The position numbers were made by a program, and so were the translations under genes. Below the pieces are notes generated by a model. It ran no database searches and was not told where the DNA came from. It worked only from the letters and a program-made list of their open reading frames with translations. Positions 1-8,173 of a stretch of DNA of 16,019 nt are shown piece by piece (the stretch's first letter is position 1; the number at the start of each line of letters is the position of its first letter). The DNA comes from an uncultured Myxococcales bacterium (GTDB taxonomy: Bacteria > Myxococcota_A > Bradymonadia > UBA7976 > UBA1532), in contig CALBMW010000727.1 of NCBI GenBank assembly GCA_937896275.1, forward strand, positions 1-16,019, given 5' to 3'.

Positions 1-127
1 GGCCTCGACCGGCAGCCCGGCACTGCACTCGGTCCGGATTTTGTGGGGAGGCTCTTGGGGCCACGGGCCTCCTCGGGGTCGACTCAACGGGCCAATAGCA
101 CCGCGCCCCGACGCTGACAACCGGCCG

Positions 128-1165
128 TCAGTGGATCGTCGGTGGGCGGCCGTCATAGGGGTCGTGCAGGCGCCGGGGCGCCTCGAGCTCATGGGCGACC
201 TCGATGTCGTCGGCCATGTCCACCGCCTCGTGGGATCGCATCACGTCGAGCCGCTGAGCCTTCTGGCGGCGCCGACGACGCCAGGCCAGCACCAACACCA
301 GCGCGCCCAGGCTCCACAGCGTGGTGGATCCGAAGATGACCGGGAGCCAGCCCCACCGCACCTTCAGCGCCGCCTGCCAGTCGGCCTCGATCGCCCCCAG
401 CGGACGTCCGAACGCGCTCTCGGTGGCGGTGGCGAAGTCCTCGTCACCGTCGCGCAGCCGCCCGAGCAGATCGCGAAAGCGCGCCGCGCCGAACTCGCCC
501 TCGAGGTAACCCACGAAGTGCACCGCCTCGGCGTAGGCCACGCCAGCCCGTGCCCCGGACGCGGGGAAGCCGGCCGACAGGTCCCGCAGCGGCAGCAGGG
601 CGTTCATCGTGGCCGCCTCGGTCAGCAGCCAGGCGCGCTGGAGCGAGAGACCCTCGGACTGCCGGATGGCGACCCCCTCGGAGAACCAGCGCGGGACGCG
701 GTCGGCGGACAGATCGCCCAGCGCGACGTGGCTGAGTTCATGGCGGAAGGTGGTCTCGAGCTGGTCAGGTCCCACCCCCACGTGGAGCAGGATGGCGCGC
801 TGAGCGGGGTAGGCCAGCCCTGCCGCCCACTCCGGCGGTCGGCCGCCATAGTGCGATCGCGCGAAGGCCAGCATCGCCTGCTCATCGCGCAGGATCGTCA
901 CGCGCGTCCGCCCGGCCGGCGCCTCGGCACCCAACTGCGCATAGATGCGCGCGTGCTGCGCCTCGGCGTCATCGACCAGCGTCCGCGCGAAGCCCTCGAG
1001 GCCGGGAGACCAGGCGAAGGCATAGTGTGCGGTCTGCGTGGCCTCGAGCTCCGGCGAGTCGTCCGCCGCGCGGACCGGGCGCGGGGCGGCCATCAGCAGC
1101 ACCGCGAGCACCGGCCAGGCGAGCGAGCACCTCGCGAGGGCGCGCAGCAGGCGGCCCATCCTCAC
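128..1165 (-). CDS. Secreted/membrane-anchored gluzincin-type (peptidase MA-like) metallopeptidase
   Basis: 345-aa ORF. N-terminal hydrophobic signal-like segment (SLAWPVLAVLLMAA), zinc motif TTFRHELSHVAL (HExxH, nt 728-742), downstream RWFSEGVA glutamate motif, and a C-terminal hydrophobic segment TTLWSLGALVLVLAW followed by RRRRRQ. GTG start overlaps the upstream stop (GTGA). Confidence 0.8.
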   Translation of the reverse strand: MRMGRLLRALARCSLAWPVLAVLLMAAPRPVRAADDSPELEATQTAHYAFAWSPGLEGFARTLVDDAEAQHARIYAQLGAEAPAGRTRVTILRDEQAMLAFARSHYGGRPPEWAAGLAYPAQRAILLHVGVGPDQLETTFRHELSHVALGDLSADRVPRWFSEGVAIRQSEGLSLQRAWLLTEAATMNALLPLRDLSAGFPASGARAGVAYAEAVHFVGYLEGEFGAARFRDLLGRLRDGDEDFATATESAFGRPLGAIEADWQAALKVRWGWLPVIFGSTTLWSLGALVLVLAWRRRRRQKAQRLDVMRSHEAVDMADDIEVAHELEAPRRLHDPYDGRPPTIH

Positions 1166-1470
1166 GACGGCTCCAATGCCCGCTCGAGGCGGGCCCGCAG
1201 CGTCTCCGGATCCAGGGTCTCGAAGGCCACCCGCTTGCTGCGCCCGGTCGCGCCCTGAACGATCAGCACCGACCGCGCCGGCACATCCATCAGCTTGGCG
1301 AAGAAGCGCGTCAGGGCCGCGTTGGCTGCCCCGTCGACTGGCGGCGCCCGCAGGGCGACCTTGAGCGCACCGTCGTGCAAACCGACGAGCCCCTCGCGCC
1401 GAGCCCGAGGTTGCACGCGGACGGCCACGACCGCCCCCGCGCCCCGCGCCTCGACGCGCGGCGCGCTCAC
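1162..1470 (-). CDS. DUF167 / YggU-family protein
   Basis: 102-aa product beginning VSAPRVEARG (GTG start at 1470), with VRVQPRARREG...LKVALRAPPVDGAANAALTRFFAKLMDVP...V..GATGRSKRV, typical of DUF167. The start overlaps the DivIVA stop codon. Confidence 0.85.
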   Translation of the reverse strand: MSAPRVEARGAGAVVAVRVQPRARREGLVGLHDGALKVALRAPPVDGAANAALTRFFAKLMDVPARSVLIVQGATGRSKRVAFETLDPETLRARLERALEPS

Positions 1471-1952
1471 CGGCGCGCCTCCCGCGCCGGCTCCGCCTCG
1501 CGATCCATCTCTTCTTGGGTCTCGATGAGCCGCCGGTGACCCTCGATGATGCCGCGGACCTCGGCCATCAGGCGCGCCTTCTGCCGCCGCAGCCCCTGCG
1601 TCTCGTCGGCCAGCCGCACGACCTGCTCTTGAGCGTGCGACAGGATCTTGTCGGCCCGCAGCTCGGCCTCGGCCCGAATCAGCTCGGCCTCCTTGCGCGC
1701 GCTCTCCTTGATCTCGTCGGTCATCCGCCCAGCCTGCACCAGCGCCTCGCGCAGCTGCGCCTCGTTGCCGCGGAACTCCGCGAGCTGCTGCTCTCGCTTG
1801 CGAATCTCCTCTTTGAAGTGGTTGTTCTCGCGGATCATCTCCTCCATCTCGCGCGATACGAGATCGAGGAAGGTGTGCACCTGCTCCGGATCGCACCCGC
1901 GGAACACCCGCTGGAACTGCTGCTGATCGACCTCGAGCGGCGTGATCTTCAC
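1467..1952 (-). CDS. divIVA: DivIVA-domain protein
   Basis: 161 aa. MKITPLEVDQQQFQRVFRGCDPEQVHTFLDLVSREMEEMIREN matches the DivIVA N-terminal signature (PLE/DI..K.F...RGYD..EVD.FLD.V) followed by coiled coil. GTG start. Confidence 0.88.
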   Translation of the reverse strand: MKITPLEVDQQQFQRVFRGCDPEQVHTFLDLVSREMEEMIRENNHFKEEIRKREQQLAEFRGNEAQLREALVQAGRMTDEIKESARKEAELIRAEAELRADKILSHAQEQVVRLADETQGLRRQKARLMAEVRGIIEGHRRLIETQEEMDREAEPAREARR

Positions 1953-2740
1953 GTCGTCTCCAACTCCTCGGACCGCTTGGTCGCGGCGCCCACCGCCTCG
2001 ATGAGCGCCGCGCGCAGTGCGTGGCGCTCGAGCACCGCGAGCCCCGCGATCGTGGTGCCCCCGGGCGAGGCCACCGCGTCCTTGAGGGCGGCCGGGTGCT
2101 CCCCCGTCTCGAAGGCCATCGCGCCCGCCCCACGCACCGCGGCCGCAGCGAGGCGCAGCGCGGTCGCTCGTGGCATCCCTGCCGCCACCGCGCCATCGGC
2201 CATCGCCTCGATGGCCACGAACAAGAAGGCCGGGCCGCTGCCGACCAGCGCCGTGCCGGCATGAAAGAGCCGCTCATCGGCGACCCTCTCCGCGATGCCG
2301 ACGGCCCCGAAGAGGGTGCAGACGCGCTCCACGTCCTCGACGCGATCGGCCGGCCCCGACAGCACGAGGGTCGCCCCCTGCCCCACGCGGCAGGCGATGT
2401 TCGGCATGGTCCGCACCACGCGGGCGGGTGACGCGGCCAGCTCGAGCCGGCGCCGCGAGACGCCGGCCGCCACCGAGATGACCAGCTGTTCGGGTGTGAA
2501 GGTCAGATCAGCGAGCGCCGCGTCCACTTGCGTCGGCTTGACCGCCAGGACGATCAGCTCCGCCGAGGCCGCCACCTGTTCCCGCGTCGAAGCGGTCACG
2601 CCCAGCCGGGCGGCGGTCTGCGCGCCGCTCTGACGGGCAGCGACCAGCACCTCGTCAGGGCGCATCAGGCCGCGGTCCAGCCACCCCGCGAGCAGCGCCT
2701 GCCCCAGCTTGCCGCAGCCCAGGAAACCGATCCGCCGCAT
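1949..2740 (-). CDS. proC: Pyrroline-5-carboxylate reductase
   Basis: 263 aa from ATG at 2740. MRRIGFLGCGKLGQALLAGW, LAVKPTQV, VISVAAGVS, VVRTMPNIACRVGQGAT, ALVGSGPAFLFVAIEAMADGAVAAGMPR and VASPGGTTIAGLAVLE are diagnostic ProC motifs. Confidence 0.95.
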   Translation of the reverse strand: MRRIGFLGCGKLGQALLAGWLDRGLMRPDEVLVAARQSGAQTAARLGVTASTREQVAASAELIVLAVKPTQVDAALADLTFTPEQLVISVAAGVSRRRLELAASPARVVRTMPNIACRVGQGATLVLSGPADRVEDVERVCTLFGAVGIAERVADERLFHAGTALVGSGPAFLFVAIEAMADGAVAAGMPRATALRLAAAAVRGAGAMAFETGEHPAALKDAVASPGGTTIAGLAVLERHALRAALIEAVGAATKRSEELETT

Positions 2741-2915
2741 CCCACGCTCCCATCCAGGCGCCCCAGCGTAGGAGCTTGATTCCCGCGAAGCAACCGAGCG
2801 CGGGGCGGCCGCGGACGGCGCGCCAGGGCGCGAAGCCGCGGCGGCGCGGGGAAACACCGGCCGGCAGAACGGTGCTGCGCGACGCGGCGCGATCTTTCTC
2901 TTGGGGCGGAGGCGC

Positions 2916-4175
2916 TCAGCGCTGCCCGAACAGGGCCGTGCCCACGCGCACGTGCGTCGCGCCTTCCGCGATCGCTGCCGGAAAGTCGTCGGACATGCCG
3001 ATCGACAGGGACGCCAAGGGTCGATCGGGGCGGGCGTGGGCGTCGCGCAGCATCCGGAGCGCCGCGAAACGTCGCCGCGTGGCGGCCAGGCCATCGGGGG
3101 GAGGCACCGCCATGAGGCCGTCGACCTGCAGGCCATCGATGTCAGCGAGCGCCGCCAGCAGCGCCCCGAGCGCAGCCGGCTCGACCCCGCTCTTGGTGTC
3201 CTCGGCGCCGATATTGACCTGCACGAGCGCGCGGACGGGCAGGCCCGACGCCCGGCGCGCCAACTCGGCCCCGAGCGCCACGTTGTCCAGGCCGTGCACC
3301 AGGTGCACCCGCCCCGCGACGTGCTTCGCCTTGTTGCGTTGAAGGTGGCCGATGAAGTGCCAGCGCGGCCGTTCACCGAGCTGCGCCGCCTTGTCGCGCC
3401 ACTCCTGGACGTAGTTCTCACCCAGATCGACCAGCCCGGCGTCGAGGGCCGCGGTCAGCCGCTCCACGGGCTGCGCCTTGCTCGCGCCCACCAGCGTCAC
3501 CGACGCGGCCGGCCGCCCCGCCGCCTGCGCGGCCGCCGCAATCCGCCCACGGATCACCGCCAGGCGGGCGGCGACGGGGCTACCGAAGGGCGGCAGGGCG
3601 CCCACCTCGACCAGGGCCTCGAGCACCTCGGCCAGCGGCAGCCCCACGACCCCGTCATAGCTGCCCTCCACGGCGTCCACCAACGCGCCCCCGCCGCCCT
3701 GCACCCCATAGGCGCCGGCCTTGTCGAGCGGATCGCCGGTGGCCACGTAGGCACAGAGGGCCTCCTCCGAGAGCGGCGCGAAGGTCACCTCGCTCACCGT
3801 CTCGCCCAGCCGGGGCGCCGCCGCGCCGCTCGCCAGCGCGAAGGCCGTCACCACCTGGTGACGTCGGCCCGCCAGGCGGCGCAGCATCGCGCGCGCCTCG
3901 TCCGGGTCCGCCGGCTTGCCGAGGATGTCGCCCTCCACGGTGACCACGGTGTCGCTCGCCAGCACCCAGCGTGGATCCTCGGCACGCCGGGCCCCGACCC
4001 CGGCCGCGGCTTTCTCGACCGCCATGCGCCGGGCGAAGTCCACCGGCGCCTCGCCCGCCGCAGGCACCTCGGCGACATCGACCGGGCGCACGACCGAGCG
4101 CACCCCGGCCGCCTCGAGCATCACGCGCCGTCGCGGCGACCCCGACGCCAACACCAAGTCAAACGGCACGCTCAT
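2916..4175 (-). CDS. Fusion ORF: N-terminal Maf-type nucleotide pyrophosphatase plus C-terminal YggS/PLPBP-family PLP-binding protein
   Basis: One continuous frame. Maf half: FDLVLASGSPRRRVML, VLASDTVVTVEGDILGKPADPDEARAMLRRLAGRRHQVVTAF, GAYGVQG..., GSYDGVVGLPLAEV. YggS half: VTLVGASKAQPVE, LVDLGENYVQEWRDK, WHFIGHLQRNK, LVQVNIGAEDTKSG, GLMAVPP, LSIGMSDDFPAAIAEGATHVRVGTALFG. ATG at 4175 preceded by GAGGAGG. Confidence 0.9.
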   Translation of the reverse strand: MSVPFDLVLASGSPRRRVMLEAAGVRSVVRPVDVAEVPAAGEAPVDFARRMAVEKAAAGVGARRAEDPRWVLASDTVVTVEGDILGKPADPDEARAMLRRLAGRRHQVVTAFALASGAAAPRLGETVSEVTFAPLSEEALCAYVATGDPLDKAGAYGVQGGGGALVDAVEGSYDGVVGLPLAEVLEALVEVGALPPFGSPVAARLAVIRGRIAAAAQAAGRPAASVTLVGASKAQPVERLTAALDAGLVDLGENYVQEWRDKAAQLGERPRWHFIGHLQRNKAKHVAGRVHLVHGLDNVALGAELARRASGLPVRALVQVNIGAEDTKSGVEPAALGALLAALADIDGLQVDGLMAVPPPDGLAATRRRFAALRMLRDAHARPDRPLASLSIGMSDDFPAAIAEGATHVRVGTALFGQR

Positions 4176-4240
4176 GTCCCCTCCTCGCCCGGTACGCCTC
4201 TGCGCCGATGAAAAACCCAGCAAAACAGCAACCACCGCCG

Positions 4241-4270
4241 TTGACAGTCTGCTCTTTCGTTCAGTAAGGT
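4241..4270 (+). promoter_or_regulatory. Candidate sigma70-type promoter for lexA, overlapping a GTTCAG-type LexA-box candidate
   Basis: TTGACA (4241-4246), 18-nt spacer, TAAGGT (4265-4270). CGTTCAGT (4258-4265) lies between and partly overlaps the -10. Confidence 0.5.
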
Positions 4271-4369
4271 CTCAACGCACATGAAAAAACGTTCAGTGAC
4301 ACTCGCGCGGCGTCACCCGCGCGTGGCGCTCACCGAACGATCCCGACCGAACGATCAAGGACGGTGCTC

Positions 4370-5008
4370 ATGAAGGGCCTCACAGAGCGACAGCAGCAGA
4401 TCCTCGACTTCATCACCGCCTCGATCGCCGGGCGCGGCTACCCGCCGACCATCCGCGAGATCGGCAAGCACATGGGCATCAAGTCCACCAACGGGGTCAA
4501 CGATCATCTCAAGGCGCTCGAGCGCAAGGGCGCGCTGCGGCGGGACGACCTCAAGAGCCGCGCGATGCGCCCGATGAACGTCGACGAAGAAGTGATCGAC
4601 ATCGTCGAGATCCCCATCCTGGGCCGCGTCGCCGCTGGCCAGCCCATCCTCGCCAACGGCGCCGAGATGCACGACGCCGAAGACACCGTCCGCATCGACC
4701 GCATGCTCGTCGGACGGGGCGAAGGCCTCTTCGGGCTGCGCATCGTGGGCGACTCGATGATCGAGGATGGCATCCTCGACGGAGACTACGTCTTCGTTCG
4801 CAAGGCGCCCACCGCGTCCAAGGGCGCGATCGTCGTGGTGCTCATCGACGGCGAGGCCACCTGCAAGCGCTACTTCCCCGAGGGCGACAGCATCCGGTTT
4901 CAACCCGCCAACGCCGCGATGGCCCCGATCTACGTGCACCAGCGGGACTTCCGTCAGACGATGATCCTCGGCGAGGTGGTCGGGGTGTACCGACGCCTGG
5001 CGCACTGA
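4370..5008 (+). CDS. lexA: LexA repressor (SOS regulator, S24 self-cleaving protease)
   Basis: [54 protein letters not shown] winged-helix domain; Ala-Gly cleavage site in [13 protein letters not shown]; catalytic Ser in [23 protein letters not shown] and Lys region in [21 protein letters not shown] at 4370 with AAGGA upstream. Confidence 0.96.
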   Translation: MKGLTERQQQILDFITASIAGRGYPPTIREIGKHMGIKSTNGVNDHLKALERKGALRRDDLKSRAMRPMNVDEEVIDIVEIPILGRVAAGQPILANGAEMHDAEDTVRIDRMLVGRGEGLFGLRIVGDSMIEDGILDGDYVFVRKAPTASKGAIVVVLIDGEATCKRYFPEGDSIRFQPANAAMAPIYVHQRDFRQTMILGEVVGVYRRLAH

Positions 5009-5150
5009 GAGGCGTCCGACCCGCCCGACCGTGGCCGGGCTCCTAGACGCGGCGCCGTGCGTGCCGACCCACCATCGCGCGCCCGCTGCGCAACCCACCC
5101 CGCGACGAGGTCGCCTCGGCGACGCAGCTGCACGCCCGCGTGCACGTTCT

Positions 5151-5177
5151 CCAGCACTCGCCGGCCGCGAGTGCTGG
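5151..5177 (+). promoter_or_regulatory. CIRCE-like operator (putative HrcA-binding inverted repeat)
   Basis: CCAGCACTC-N9(gccggccgc)-GAGTGCTGG: a perfect 9-bp inverted repeat with the canonical 9-nt spacer, compared with consensus TTAGCACTC-N9-GAGTGCTAA, upstream of groES. Confidence 0.85.
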
Positions 5178-5266
5178 CACTCTCCCCGCGAGACTGCCAG
5201 ACGCACCTGCATTTCCTTTGATATTTCAGCAACTTCTCGACGCAGAAAAAAAACGTCCCCGGGTGG

Positions 5267-5294
5267 TTGACAGCCCGGCGCGAGCGCTTACATT
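5267..5294 (+). promoter_or_regulatory. Candidate sigma70-type promoter for groES-groEL
   Basis: TTGACA (5267-5272), 16-nt spacer, TACATT (5289-5294), about 115 bp upstream of the groES ATG. Confidence 0.55.
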
Positions 5295-5409
5295 CACTGC
5301 CGCTCGCGGTTGGCCGCGAAACGGATTCATCCATGCCGCCTGGTGGCGGCGCCCCGGAATCGTGGGCGGCACCTCAGAACGGCGACACCCTTTGCAGCGG
5401 GAGCACACC

Positions 5410-5700
5410 ATGAAGATCAGGCCCTTGTACGATCGCATCATCGTCAAGCGGATCGAAGCGGAGACCACCAGCAAGGGTGGCATCATCATCCCCGACAACG
5501 CCAAGGAGAAGCCCATCGAGGGCGAGGTCATCGCCGTCGGCAATGGCAAGATCCTCGACGACGGGTCCGTGCGCGCGCTCGAGGTGAAGGCCGGCGACCG
5601 CATCCTGTTCGGCAAGTACAGCGGGACCGAGATCAAGGTCAGCGGCGAAGAGCACCTCATCCTGCGCGAGGACGAAGTCCTTGCGATCGTCGAACGCTAA
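5410..5700 (+). CDS. groES: Co-chaperonin GroES (Cpn10)
   Basis: [47 protein letters not shown]... with C-terminal EVLAIVER. Shine-Dalgarno-like GGGAG upstream. Confidence 0.97.
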   Translation: MKIRPLYDRIIVKRIEAETTSKGGIIIPDNAKEKPIEGEVIAVGNGKILDDGSVRALEVKAGDRILFGKYSGTEIKVSGEEHLILREDEVLAIVER

Positions 5701-5709
5701 AGGACTTAG

Positions 5710-7356
<1,647 letters not shown>

Positions 7357-7400
7357 TCGGCGCGCCCTGAAGCGATGACCCCTCTGCGGGGTCGTCGCCG

Positions 7401-7430
7401 CGAAAGCCTCGGCTCCGGCCGGGGCTTTCG
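7401..7430 (+). terminator. Hairpin downstream of groEL, candidate terminator
   Basis: CGAAAGCCTCGG-ctccgg-CCGGGGCTTTCG, a 12-bp stem with one G:T pair, followed by a weak T-rich stretch (tcgttt). Confidence 0.65.
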
Positions 7431-7446
7431 TCGTTTCAGGACCCTC

Positions 7447-7483
7447 CCCACAAGGTCGCTCGGCTCGATCCGACCCGTGTGGG
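7447..7483. terminator. Hairpin between the convergent groEL and PilZ-gene ends
   Basis: CCCACA-a-GGTCG ... CGACC-cg-TGTGGG stem with a 12-nt loop. No clear T tract, so it may be bidirectional or Rho-related. Confidence 0.4.
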
Positions 7484-7501
7484 AATGATCTCGGGCGACC
7501 G

Positions 7502-8173
7502 TCAATCGACGAAGAGCGCGCCGAGCGGATCGGCCTGACCGTGCAGCGGGCTGTCGACCAATCCACCGAGGAGCAGGTGCAGCCACAGCAGAAGATCGGC
7601 GTCGCTGGCGGGCCGGCAGCGGACAGCCGCGCCCGTGCCACGGCGCGCGACGACATGACCGTCGAGCTGCACCTGGGCGCCGTCCTCGAGCGCGACCCGG
7701 ACCGCGACCGAGGCGCCCTCCAGGAGCCCCTCCGGCATCGGATCGACCCACAGCCCGTAGAGCGAGACGTCGAGCGAGCGGCTCTGCGCGCCGTCGATGG
7801 TGACCGCCAGATCGGCCCGGACGCGCGGATGCCGACGCAGGTTCGACGGGTGGCTGAGCACCTCGCGGACGTGGTGCGCCATCACCTCAGGTTTGTCGGG
7901 CAGCAGCCGTAACACAGCGGGCGGCAAGGACAATTCGGCCGGCGCGACCGCCAGCACGGGCACCAGCGCGGTGTCGTGCGCCGCCAGCGCGGCCTGGCCC
8001 GGAGGCTTGCGCGCGTCGAGCACCAGCAGCCCCCGACCGTCGTAGACCGCGACCGCGACCGCCTGCAGATCCGCCGCCGGGGCACGGCGAACGGCCACCC
8101 CCGCCTGGAGCAACTCGCCCTCGAGCGTCGCCAGCTCGTCGGTCCTACCCAGAATCCAGACCGTCGGTGTCAT
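7502..8173 (-). CDS. PilZ-domain protein (putative c-di-GMP receptor) with an N-terminal receiver-like region
   Basis: 223 aa. RRHPR (RxxxR) followed by DVSLYG (D/NxSxxG), the two PilZ c-di-GMP motifs, at nt about 7754-7837. ATG overlaps the upstream stop (ATGA). Confidence 0.75.
   Translation of the reverse strand: MTPTVWILGRTDELATLEGELLQAGVAVRRAPAADLQAVAVAVYDGRGLLVLDARKPPGQAALAAHDTALVPVLAVAPAELSLPPAVLRLLPDKPEVMAHHVREVLSHPSNLRRHPRVRADLAVTIDGAQSRSLDVSLYGLWVDPMPEGLLEGASVAVRVALEDGAQVQLDGHVVARRGTGAAVRCRPASDADLLLWLHLLLGGLVDSPLHGQADPLGALFVD

Noticed and set aside
41-1258. 405-aa plus-strand ORF antisense to the peptidase and DUF167 genes
   Set aside because: Arg/Gly/Pro/His-rich low-information translation opposite a well-supported metallopeptidase.
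1471-2277. Upstream extension of the DUF167 ORF (1162..2277)
   Set aside because: Only the last 102 residues look like a real protein. The rest overlaps divIVA and proC out of frame and is Arg-rich.
2741-3421. Upstream extension of the proC ORF (1949..3421)
   Set aside because: ProC begins at MRRIGFLG (2740). The extension overlaps the YggS half out of frame.
5026-5040. Inverted repeat after lexA (gcccg...cgggc) as a terminator
   Set aside because: Short stem without T tract; not convincing enough to call.
5175-5190. TGGCAC following the CIRCE-like element as a sigma54 -24 box
   Set aside because: The correctly spaced -12 element (TTGCA) is absent.
5140-5409. 90-aa N-terminal extension of groES implied by ORF 5140..5700
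   Set aside because: GroES begins at the MKIRPLYDR methionine (5410). The extension crosses the CIRCE-like and promoter region and is only an open frame.
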